A stretch of 64,000 nucleotides of DNA from Candidatus Rokuibacteriota bacterium (GTDB lineage: Bacteria > Methylomirabilota > Methylomirabilia > Rokubacteriales > CSP1-6). The notes beneath the pieces were generated by a model that made no database searches, was not told the origin of the DNA, and was given only the letters and a program-made list of their open reading frames with translations. The position numbers and the translations under genes were made by a program. Positions 37,196-44,961 of this stretch are shown here, one piece after another; within the stretch, counting starts at the first letter, position 1, and every line of letters starts with the position of its first letter. The stretch spans positions 16,046-80,045 of the forward strand of contig JACPCX010000185.1 of NCBI GenBank assembly GCA_016184305.1. The letters are read 5' to 3'.

Positions 37196-37408
37196 GGGAG
37201 GCGATTCGAGGGCCTGCGGGGCCTCGTCAGGAATGAGCAGGGCGAGGTGCACCACCACGTGAATATCTACGTGAACAGCGAAGCCATCGAGTCCCTCGCG
37301 GGGCTCGCGACGTCGCTCAAGGACGGCGACGAGGTCTCCATCATTCCGGCCCTTGCCGGGGGCGGGCCGGCCCTCGCCGGGGGCGGCACGCCCTCGACGA
37401 GGGACTGA
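37196..37408 (+). pseudogene. cysO: CysO/MoaD/ThiS-family sulfur-carrier gene, 5'-truncated, with duplicated GG terminus and a C-terminal extension
   Basis: ...[67 protein letters not shown]. Only about 56 codons fit after the cysK stop, with no ATG. The N-terminal ~38 aa of the beta-grasp fold are absent. Confidence 0.65.
37346..37387 (+). repeat. 21-bp tandem duplication (19/21 identical) spanning the sulfur-carrier GG terminus
   Basis: CCGGCCCTTGCCGGGGGCGGG (37346..37366) and CCGGCCCTCGCCGGGGGCGGC (37367..37387), translating as [14 protein letters not shown]. Confidence 0.9.
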
Positions 37409-37892
37409 GCTGAGCCGCGTCATCCTGACGCCGGAGGAGCTCACCCAGGTCCAGGCGCAGGCGCTTGCCGAGTACCCGGCCGAGTGCTGTGGCGTCCTCC
37501 TGATCCGGCCCTCGCGACCCGAGGATCGCTTGCTCCTGCCGTGCCGCAACATCCAGGACGAGCTGCACACGAAGGACCCGGCCCGGCACCCTCGTGATGC
37601 CCGGACCGCCTACTACATCGACCCGAGAGATCTCCTCACCATTGGACGCCGAGAGGCGGGGGGGTACCGCGTGGCCACCATCTACCACTCCCACATCGAC
37701 ACGGGCGCGTACTTCTCCGACACCGACAAGCGCAACGCGCTGATCAACGGGGAGCCGGCCTACCCGGACGCCGTCTACGTGGTCCTTTCCGTCGTGGAGG
37801 GGAAGGCGGCGGGCGCCGGCGCCTTCGCCTGGGAGCCCACCCGCCGCGACTTCGTCCCGGCCGACTTCCCAGCCCAGGTGAGTGCCCGATGA
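37353..37892 (+). CDS. mec: JAMM/MPN+ metalloprotease (Mec/QbsD-like)
   Basis: ...[12 protein letters not shown]... and JAMM motif [16 protein letters not shown]. Start uncertain: TTG 37353 (inside duplication unit 1) or CTG 37410. No ATG or GTG is available. Confidence 0.85.
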   Translation: MPGAGRPSPGAARPRRGTELSRVILTPEELTQVQAQALAEYPAECCGVLLIRPSRPEDRLLLPCRNIQDELHTKDPARHPRDARTAYYIDPRDLLTIGRREAGGYRVATIYHSHIDTGAYFSDTDKRNALINGEPAYPDAVYVVLSVVEGKAAGAGAFAWEPTRRDFVPADFPAQVSAR

Positions 37893-37975
37893 GCGCCGCA
37901 GGCGCGAAGAGGCCGAACCGCAACCCGAAATCCTCCACAGTCAGGCGACCCGAACAGACCGCCGCAGGCGCGAAG
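37889..37975 (+). repeat. Class I repeat copy plus a partial second unit, forming the 5' end of hemL
   Basis: ATGAGCGCCGCAGGCGCGAAGAGGCCGAACCGCAACCCGAAATCCTCCACAGTCAGGCGACCCG, then the partial unit GCCGCAGGCGCGAAG at 37961..37975. Confidence 0.75.
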
Positions 37976-39247
37976 TCGGATAAACTGTTCGAGAGCGCGC
38001 AGCGGGTGATCCCCGGAGGAGTCAACAGCCCCGTGCGGGCCTTCCGCGGCGTCGGCGGTTCGCCCTTCTTCGTGGCGCGCGCCGAGGGCGCACGGATCGT
38101 GGACGTGGACGGCCGCGGCTACATCGACTTCCTCGGCTCCTGGGGTCCGCTGATCCTCGGCCACGCCGCGCCCGCGGTTGTCGAGGCGCTGGCGGTCGCC
38201 GGGCGCCGGGGCACGAGTTACGGAGCTCCCACGGGCGCCGAGGTGGAGATGGCGGAGTGCCTCAGCCGCGCCGTGCCCTCCATGGAGATGGTGCGGCTCG
38301 TCTCCTCGGGGACGGAAGCCGCCATGAGCGCCATTCGCCTGGCCCGCGGGGTCACCGGGCGGGACGTGATCATCAAGTTCGACGGCTGCTATCACGGCCA
38401 CGCCGACAGCCTCCTCGTCAAGGCGGGGTCCGGCGGCGCCACCTTCGGCGTGCCGGATTCGCTGGGTGTGCCGCAGGCGCTGGCGGCGCTCACGGTCGCG
38501 CTACCGTTCAACGATCTCCCGGCCGTCGAGCGGGTGATGACGGAGCGGGGCCGCGAGGTGGCGGCGGTCGTGGTGGAGCCTGTGGCCGGCAACATGGGCG
38601 TGGTCCCGCCAGCGCCCGGCTACCTCCAGGGGCTTCGCGAGATCTGCACCCGGCACGGCGCCCTCCTCCTCTTCGACGAGGTCATCACGGGCTTCCGGGT
38701 GGCGTACGGCGGGGCCCAGGCGCGCTACGGGGTGCGTCCCGACCTCACCTGCCTCGGCAAGATCATCGGCGGCGGGCTGCCCGTGGGCGCCTATGGCGGA
38801 TCGCGCGAGCTGATGAGCCGGGTGTCGCCGCTGGGCGGCGTGTACCAGGCAGGCACGCTCTCGGGCAACCCGCTGGCGGTGGCGGCCGGGCTCGCGACGC
38901 TGCGAGCGCTCCAGGACCCGTCGGTGTACGAGCGGCTCGATCGGCTCGGCGCGCGGCTCGAGCGGGGAATCAGGGAAGCCGCGGCCGCCTCGCGGGTGCC
39001 GGTCACGGTGAACCGCGTCGGCTCCATGCTCACCGGCTTCTTCACCGAGGGCCCCGTGACGGATTACGCCTCCGCCAAGCGCGCGGACACGGCGCGCTAC
39101 GCCCGCTACTTCCACGCCATGCTCGATCGCGGCGTCTTCCTCGCCCCTTCGCAGTTCGAGGCGGCCTTCGTCTCGCTGGCGCACACCGAGGAGGATCTGG
39201 CTCAGGTGGAGCAGGCCTGCCGTGAGGCCATGGCGTTCCTCGTCTGA
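37889..39247 (+). CDS. hemL: Glutamate-1-semialdehyde 2,1-aminomutase
   Basis: ...[20 protein letters not shown]...[11 protein letters not shown]...[15 protein letters not shown]... The only available start is ATG 37889 (ATGA overlap with the mec stop), giving a repeat-derived extension of about 30 aa. Confidence 0.93.
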   Translation: MSAAGAKRPNRNPKSSTVRRPEQTAAGAKSDKLFESAQRVIPGGVNSPVRAFRGVGGSPFFVARAEGARIVDVDGRGYIDFLGSWGPLILGHAAPAVVEALAVAGRRGTSYGAPTGAEVEMAECLSRAVPSMEMVRLVSSGTEAAMSAIRLARGVTGRDVIIKFDGCYHGHADSLLVKAGSGGATFGVPDSLGVPQALAALTVALPFNDLPAVERVMTERGREVAAVVVEPVAGNMGVVPPAPGYLQGLREICTRHGALLLFDEVITGFRVAYGGAQARYGVRPDLTCLGKIIGGGLPVGAYGGSRELMSRVSPLGGVYQAGTLSGNPLAVAAGLATLRALQDPSVYERLDRLGARLERGIREAAAASRVPVTVNRVGSMLTGFFTEGPVTDYASAKRADTARYARYFHAMLDRGVFLAPSQFEAAFVSLAHTEEDLAQVEQACREAMAFLV

Positions 39248-39260
39248 CGCTCGAAGCGTA

Positions 39261-39290
39261 TTGACACTAAGTTTTCCCGCGTGATAGGGT
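39261..39290 (+). promoter_or_regulatory. Candidate promoter TTGACA-18 nt-(TGa)TAGGGT upstream of the ACIII cluster
   Basis: TTGACA at 39261..39266; TGATAGGGT at 39282..39290. Locally AT-richer sequence right after the hemL stop. Confidence 0.4.
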
Positions 39291-39314
39291 TCGCAAGGTT
39301 GCCTGGGCGAGTGA

Positions 39315-39551
39315 CCGCGTAAGCCGGTCGTCCGGAGTTCCAGATGCACATACATGGTGCCGGAGCACGTCAGCGTCCCCCACAAGACCCGGATCCAGGC
39401 AGGAGCGACGTGCCAGACATGCCATGGCCCTGTTGAGACGATGGCCGTGGTCGTCGCCAGGACCGGGCAGCGCCCGGTCGACGATCTCGCGAGCCTCGCG
39501 CCCGCGCCTCGTGCGCTGACCCAGGGGCTGGCGTGTGGGCTGTCACCACGA
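39315..39551 (+). pseudogene. actA: Remnant of alternative complex III multihaem cytochrome c subunit ActA (C-terminal fragment, frameshifted)
   Basis: The frame opens after TGA 39312..39314: ...VPEHVSVPHKTRIQAGATCQTCHGPVETMAVVVARTGQ (one CxxCH at 39411..39425). A second motif is degenerate and in the +1 frame (GWRVGCHH, 39529..39549). No room for the ~150 N-terminal residues. Confidence 0.6.
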
Positions 39552-39699
39552 GCAGGATGCGGAAAAACTCCGCAGGGCGCTCAAAAAGGTCCAGGTGCGA
39601 GGCGGCGAGGGATGCGACGAGCGAGGCGTACTCCGCTTGGCGAGCCGAGCCGGAGGCGAGGTGAGCGGATCCGGAGATCCGGGCGAGCGTGAGCGAGCC
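39552..39699. repeat. Mosaic repeat element (copy B; inverted relative to copy A at 1114..1282)
   Basis: GCAGGATGCGGAAAAACTCCGCAGGGCGCTCAAAAAGGTCCAGGTGCGAGGCGGCG...GCGAGGCGTACTC...GGATCCGGAGATCCGGGCGAGCGTGAGCGAGCC. Contains the actB GTG start. Confidence 0.75.
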
Positions 39700-42598
39700 G
39701 GAAACGCTCCTGCCGTACGTCTCGCCCCCGGAGAACATCGTCCCCGGGATCGCCGCCTACTTCTCGACCGTCTGCCGCGAGTGCCCCGCCGGCTGCGGCG
39801 TCGTCGCCAAGAACCGGGACGGCCGCGTGATCAAGCTCGAGGGCAACCCCGATCACCCCGTCAATGCCGGCGCCCTCTGCATCCGCGGGCATGCGGCGCT
39901 GCAGGGGCTCTACCATCCCGACCGTTTCCGCGGCGCCCTCGTGGGAGGCAAGGCCGCCAGGTGGGAGGACGCCGAGAAGCCGGTCGTGGACAAGCTCTCG
40001 GCGCTCGCCAAGGCGCGCCAGGGGAGCAGGATCGCCGTCGTGAGCGGGCTTGAGGCGGGCAGCCTCGCCCGGCTCATGGACGAGTGGACCCGGGCGCTGG
40101 GCGCGCGCGCCCGCGTCGCCTACGAGCCCATCGGCTACGAGGCCCTCCGCGCCGGGAACCGGATCGCCTTCGGGCGAGACGCGATCCCGGACTACGCCAT
40201 CGGAGACGCCACCTATCTCGTCTCCTTCGGCGCCGACTTCCTCGAGACGTGGCTCTCGCCGGTGGGCCATGCGTCGGACTTCTCGCGGATGCACGCCTTC
40301 GCGCACGGACGGGCGGGCACGTTCGTCCACGTGGAGCCGCGGCTGTCCATGACGGGCGCCAATGCCGACCGGTGGGTGCGGAACACCCCCGGGACGGAAG
40401 CGCTCCTCGCGCTCGGCATGCTCAAGGTGATCCTGATGGAAGGGCTCCAGGTGCCGGGGGCCGACGCGAAGACGCTGGGCGCCGCAGTGCAAGGGGTGGA
40501 AGTGGCCGCCATTGCCGCGGCGTCCGGGGTGGAGGCCGCCACCATCAAGCAGATCGCCCACGACTTCGCGGCCTCCAGGGGGGGCTTGGCCATCGGCGGC
40601 GGGATCGGCGTCTCGGGCGGCAACGCCACCGACACCCAGGTCGCGATCAACCTGCTCAACGCCGCCGTCGGGGCCGTCGGCACGCGCATCCGGTTCGGCA
40701 GCGATTCCGTCGCCGGCACGGCGAGCCCGTATGCCGACATGGTCGCGCTCACCCAGGCCATGGCGAAGGGCGAGATCGAGGTTCTGGTGCTCGGGGACGT
40801 GAACCCCGTCTACAGCATGCCCGCCAAGTCCGGATTTGCCGAGGCCCTGGCCAAGGTGCCGCTGGTGGTGAGCCTGGCCGGCCGCCCCACCGAGACGACC
40901 GCAAAGGCGCATGTCGTGCTGCCCGTGCTGCACTGGCTCGAGTCGTGGGGCGATTACGCCGCCGAGGAGGGCGTGGTCGGGCTCATGCAGCCGACCATGG
41001 GCCCCGTGGAGATCGATGGGAAGCCGGTGGAGGGCAAGAGCACGGGCGACATCCTCTTGTCACTGGGCCGCCAGGCCCTCGGCAGCGAGCAGGGCAAGGG
41101 TCCCCTCCCCTGGGCGAGCGTCGAGGATCTCGTCAAGGAACAGTGGAAGGCGCTGGCCAAGCAGGCCGGCCGCGACAAGGACGTCGCCTCCTTCTGGGAG
41201 CAGTCGCTCCGCAAGGGCGGGGTCTTCAGGCAGGCGCCGCCGCCAGCGGTGGCGCTCAGACCGGAGGCCGCGCGCCTCAAGGCCGAGCCCGCGAAACTCG
41301 AGGGCTCGGGATCGCATGCGCTGCTCGTGTACCCGTCCCATCGCTTCTTCGATGGGCGCGGCGCCGACAGCCCGTGGCTGCAGGAGGCGCCTGACAGCAT
41401 GACGCAGGTCACCTGGGACGGCTGGGTGGAGATCCCGGCCGAGACCGCCAGGACGCTGGGGGTGAGTCGGGGTGATCTGGTGGCGCTCACGTCGCCCCAC
41501 GGGAAGATCGAGCTGCCCGCGTACCCATCGGAGTCGCTCCATCCGGGCGCCGTGGCGGTCGCCATGGGGCAGGGGCACGAGTACGGCGGCCGTTACGCGA
41601 AGCAGCGCGGCCTCAATGCCGGCGCCAACCCGATGCGGCTCCTGGGCGGGACGCCGGAGGCCGCCTCCGGAGGCCTGCCCCACCTGGCCGTGATGGTGGA
41701 CCTCGCCAGGACGGGCGCGCGCCGCGCGCTGGCGATCCCGCAGTCCACGCACGACCAGGACGACCGCGAGATCGCCCAGCACGTGTTCCTCGCCGCGGCC
41801 AAGGAGATGGAATTGCGCGGGCGGCCCCCGGAGCAGGCGAGCCACCCGAGCATGTACCCGCCCGTCAAGTACCCCGAGCACCGCTGGGGGATGACGGTGG
41901 ACCTCGACACGTGCATCGGCTGCCAGGCCTGCGTCGTCGCCTGCGTGGCCGAGAACAACGTGCCGGTGGTCGGCAAGGAGCAGGTGGCCTACGGCCGCGA
42001 CCAGCACTGGCTGCGGCTCGAGCGCTGGGAGGAAGGCCAGGCGAGCCACCCCGAGAACATCTTCCTCCCGATGTTCTGCCAGCACTGCGGCGTGGCGCCC
42101 TGCGAGCCGGTTTGCCCGGTCTACGCGGCCTACCACACCCAGGAGGGGCTCAACGGGCAGATCTACAACCGCTGCGTCGGCACCCGCTACTGCGGCAACA
42201 ACTGCCCGTACCACGTGCGGCGCTTCAACTGGTTCTACTACACGTTCCCGTCGCCGCTGGATCTGCAGCTCAACCCCGAGGTCACGGTGAGGCAGCTGGG
42301 CGTCATGGAGAAGTGCACCATGTGCGTCCAGCGCATCATCCACGGGAAGGACGCGGCCAGGGACGCGGGCCGGCCGGTCCGGGACGGCGACATCCGGACG
42401 GCTTGCCAGGAGACCTGCCCGACCCAGGCCATCACCTTCGGCGATCTCAAGGACGACCGCGCGGCGGTATCCAGACTCTCCCGGTCGCCGCGGGGCTACC
42501 ACGTGCTGGAGGAGCTCGGCACGCAGCCGGCGGTGACGTACCTGAGAAAGGTCGTCCGGGAGTCCGGGCTACCGCCGGCGAAGGGCCACAAGGCATGA
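39689..42598 (+). CDS. actB: Alternative complex III subunit ActB (molybdopterin-oxidoreductase-like domain fused to a 4Fe-4S protein)
   Basis: 969 aa. N-terminal Cys cluster ...CRECPAGCG...C.. plus MopB-like body. C-terminal ferredoxin part CIGCQACVVACVAENN...CQHCGVAPCEPVCP...CVGTRYCGNNCPY...CTMCVQR. Followed by NrfD-like ActC. Confidence 0.88.
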   Translation: MSEPETLLPYVSPPENIVPGIAAYFSTVCRECPAGCGVVAKNRDGRVIKLEGNPDHPVNAGALCIRGHAALQGLYHPDRFRGALVGGKAARWEDAEKPVVDKLSALAKARQGSRIAVVSGLEAGSLARLMDEWTRALGARARVAYEPIGYEALRAGNRIAFGRDAIPDYAIGDATYLVSFGADFLETWLSPVGHASDFSRMHAFAHGRAGTFVHVEPRLSMTGANADRWVRNTPGTEALLALGMLKVILMEGLQVPGADAKTLGAAVQGVEVAAIAAASGVEAATIKQIAHDFAASRGGLAIGGGIGVSGGNATDTQVAINLLNAAVGAVGTRIRFGSDSVAGTASPYADMVALTQAMAKGEIEVLVLGDVNPVYSMPAKSGFAEALAKVPLVVSLAGRPTETTAKAHVVLPVLHWLESWGDYAAEEGVVGLMQPTMGPVEIDGKPVEGKSTGDILLSLGRQALGSEQGKGPLPWASVEDLVKEQWKALAKQAGRDKDVASFWEQSLRKGGVFRQAPPPAVALRPEAARLKAEPAKLEGSGSHALLVYPSHRFFDGRGADSPWLQEAPDSMTQVTWDGWVEIPAETARTLGVSRGDLVALTSPHGKIELPAYPSESLHPGAVAVAMGQGHEYGGRYAKQRGLNAGANPMRLLGGTPEAASGGLPHLAVMVDLARTGARRALAIPQSTHDQDDREIAQHVFLAAAKEMELRGRPPEQASHPSMYPPVKYPEHRWGMTVDLDTCIGCQACVVACVAENNVPVVGKEQVAYGRDQHWLRLERWEEGQASHPENIFLPMFCQHCGVAPCEPVCPVYAAYHTQEGLNGQIYNRCVGTRYCGNNCPYHVRRFNWFYYTFPSPLDLQLNPEVTVRQLGVMEKCTMCVQRIIHGKDAARDAGRPVRDGDIRTACQETCPTQAITFGDLKDDRAAVSRLSRSPRGYHVLEELGTQPAVTYLRKVVRESGLPPAKGHKA

Positions 42599-43944
42599 GC
42601 CTCCAGACTCGGACCTCGGATCCCACCTGGGCCGACGTCAACCGCGACGTCATCCGCACCGTCGGCATGCCCGGCAACACGTACTTCGCCTGGATGTGCC
42701 TGGTGGGGCTCACGCTGGCGGCGGGCTTCGCCGCGTGGACGTGGCAGATCTACGTGGGCATGGGCGCCGCCGGCAAGCGGTCCCCCCAGATGTGGGCCAT
42801 GTACATCACCACCTTTGTGTTCTGGATCGGTATCGGGCACGCCGGCACGCTGATCTCGGCCGTCCTGTACCTCTTTCGCGCGAAGTGGCGGACCTCGATC
42901 TACCGCGCCGCGGAGGCCATGACGATCTTCGCCGTCATGACCGCGGGCCTCTTCCCGCTCATCCACGCCGGGCGCATGTGGTTCGCCTACTGGCTGATGC
43001 CCTACCCGAACCAGCGCTACCTCTGGCCCAACTTCAAGTCGCCGCTGGTCTGGGACGTCTTCGCGATCTCGACTTACCTGACCATCAGCCTGGTGTTCTT
43101 CATCATCGGGCTCGTGCCCGACCTCGCCGCCCTGCGCGACAGCGCCACGGGGGTCAAGAAGCGGATCTATGCGGTGCTCTCCCTCGGCTGGGAGGGATCG
43201 GACTCCCAGTGGCGGCACTACCGCCGCGCCTACGGCCTCTTCGCCGCCCTGGCGACGCCGCTGGTGCTGTCGGTGCACAGCGTGGTGTCCTTCGACTTCG
43301 CCATGGCGCTGGTGCCGGGCTGGCACTCGACGCTCTTCGCCCCCTTCTTCGTGGACGGGGCCATCTTCTCCGGCTTCGCCATGGTGCTGATCCTGATCCT
43401 GCCCATGCGCTACGTCTTCGACTGGTACACCTACATCACGGACAAGCACCTGGACGCCATGGCCAAGCTCATCCTGGTCACGAGCCTCGTGCTGACGTAC
43501 TTCTACGCCTGCGAGGTCTTCACCGCCTGGTACAGCGGCGACCACTTCGAGCGGGCCTCGGTGTTCGCCAAGGCCACCAAGCAGTACGCCTGGGCCTACT
43601 GGCTCATGTACTTCTGCAACAGCGTGGTCCCCCTGATCTTCTTCTGGAAGAAGGCGCGCACCCACGTGGGCATCCTCTATGTGGCGTCCATCTTCGTGCT
43701 GATCGGGATGTGGTTCGAGCGCTTCAACATCATCGTTCCGGGGCTGGCCCACGACTTCTACCCGTACACGTGGGGCACCTACGTGCCGACCGTGACCGAC
43801 TCGGCGATCATCGTGGGCTCCTTCGCCTGGTTCTTCCTCCTCTTCCTCGGGTTCATCCGGGTCATGCCGTCGCTCTCCATCGTGGAGGTGAAGGAGGTGC
43901 TCCCGCATCCCCTGAAGCACGGCGCCCACGGGGGAGGGGACTAG
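42595..43944 (+). CDS. actC: Alternative complex III membrane subunit ActC (NrfD/PsrC-like)
   Basis: 449-aa polytopic protein starting MSLQTRTSDPTWADVNRDV... ATG overlaps the actB stop. In frame within track ORF 41911..43944. Confidence 0.88.
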   Translation: MSLQTRTSDPTWADVNRDVIRTVGMPGNTYFAWMCLVGLTLAAGFAAWTWQIYVGMGAAGKRSPQMWAMYITTFVFWIGIGHAGTLISAVLYLFRAKWRTSIYRAAEAMTIFAVMTAGLFPLIHAGRMWFAYWLMPYPNQRYLWPNFKSPLVWDVFAISTYLTISLVFFIIGLVPDLAALRDSATGVKKRIYAVLSLGWEGSDSQWRHYRRAYGLFAALATPLVLSVHSVVSFDFAMALVPGWHSTLFAPFFVDGAIFSGFAMVLILILPMRYVFDWYTYITDKHLDAMAKLILVTSLVLTYFYACEVFTAWYSGDHFERASVFAKATKQYAWAYWLMYFCNSVVPLIFFWKKARTHVGILYVASIFVLIGMWFERFNIIVPGLAHDFYPYTWGTYVPTVTDSAIIVGSFAWFFLLFLGFIRVMPSLSIVEVKEVLPHPLKHGAHGGGD

Positions 43945-43945
43945 G

Positions 43946-44458
43946 ATGGCGGCGGCGAGCGCGAACGTGCTGGGCGTCTTCGCCCACGTGGACACCACGC
44001 TGCACGCCATCCGCGCGCTGCGGCAGCAGGGCTTCTCGGAGCTGACCGTCTACACGCCGGTGCCGGTGGAGGAGATCGAGGAGGAGGTGGAGCAGGGCCG
44101 GCCCTTGAGCCGGGTGCGTCTGTTCACCCTGATCGGCGGGCTCACGGGCACCGTCACGGGCTTCTTCCTCACCATCTGGTCGTCGCTCAAGTGGGACCTC
44201 GTGACCGGCGGCAAGCACCCGGTCTCGATCCCGCCCTTCGTCATCATCGGTTTCGAACTGACGATCCTGTTCGGGGGGCTGTCGACCCTGCTGGCCCTGC
44301 TGATCCTGGGCCGCCTGCCGAGGCTCCGGCCGTCGCCGACCTACGACCCGCGCTTCACGCTGGACCGCTTCGGTGTCGCGGTGGCGTGCCCGCCCGACAG
44401 GGCCGCGGCGGTCGGGTCGCTGCTGACGGCATCCGGGGCGGAGGAGGTCCGGCGATGA
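43946..44458 (+). CDS. actD: Alternative complex III subunit ActD (DUF3341-like)
   Basis: 170 aa. ...VLGVFAHVDTTLHAIRALRQQGF... plus two TM helices. Position between actC and actE. Confidence 0.8.
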   Translation: MAAASANVLGVFAHVDTTLHAIRALRQQGFSELTVYTPVPVEEIEEEVEQGRPLSRVRLFTLIGGLTGTVTGFFLTIWSSLKWDLVTGGKHPVSIPPFVIIGFELTILFGGLSTLLALLILGRLPRLRPSPTYDPRFTLDRFGVAVACPPDRAAAVGSLLTASGAEEVRR

Positions 44459-44961
44459 TGAAGTACGTGTTCGGCCTGGTGTTGCTGGTGGTGGGCGGCG
44501 TCGTGGCCGTGCAGGGCGGGGTCCTCGTGATGCGCTGGAACGACAACATGACGCAGACGGCGCGGGTCATGCCGGGCGAGCGGGCCTTCGCGATGCCCGC
44601 GAGCAGCGTGCCGCGCTCAGGCGGCGAGCTGTACTACCCCAAGGAAGAGCGGGAGGCGGCCGCTGCGCGGAAGAACCCGGTCCCGGCCACCCTCGAGTCG
44701 GTGAACAAGGGGGGCGCGCTCTACGTCGTCTACTGCACCCCGTGCCACGGCGCCGCGGGCAAGGGCGACGGGCTGGTGACGCCCAGGTTCGTGCCGCCGC
44801 CAGATCTCACCAACGCGGACCTTCAGAAGGGCCGCACCGACGGCTACTGGCAGAGCTATCTCGGCGTGGGCGGCGCGATCATGCCCTCCTACGGCGAGGC
44901 GCTCTCGCCCGAGGAGCGCTGGCACGTGGTGAACTACGTGAGGAGCCTGGCGCAGAAATGA
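44455..44961 (+). CDS. actE: Alternative complex III monohaem cytochrome c subunit ActE
   Basis: N-terminal TM/signal segment; single CTPCHG haem motif; distal Met region ...GGAIMPSYG... Confidence 0.85.
   Translation: MMKYVFGLVLLVVGGVVAVQGGVLVMRWNDNMTQTARVMPGERAFAMPASSVPRSGGELYYPKEEREAAAARKNPVPATLESVNKGGALYVVYCTPCHGAAGKGDGLVTPRFVPPPDLTNADLQKGRTDGYWQSYLGVGGAIMPSYGEALSPEERWHVVNYVRSLAQK

Noticed and set aside
39354-39692. 112-aa ORF as a genuine small cytochrome gene
   Set aside because: Only about the first 45 residues resemble ActA (a single CxxCH). The rest runs through unrelated sequence and the repeat element. I treated it as a pseudogene fragment.
39689-42598. ActB as a selenocysteine-containing formate dehydrogenase (given the nearby fdhD and the Sec candidate)
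   Set aside because: There is no in-frame TGA. The protein is fused to a multi-cluster ferredoxin domain and followed by NrfD-like, DUF3341-like, monohaem cytochrome c and second NrfD-like genes, which is the ACIII signature rather than an Fdh operon.
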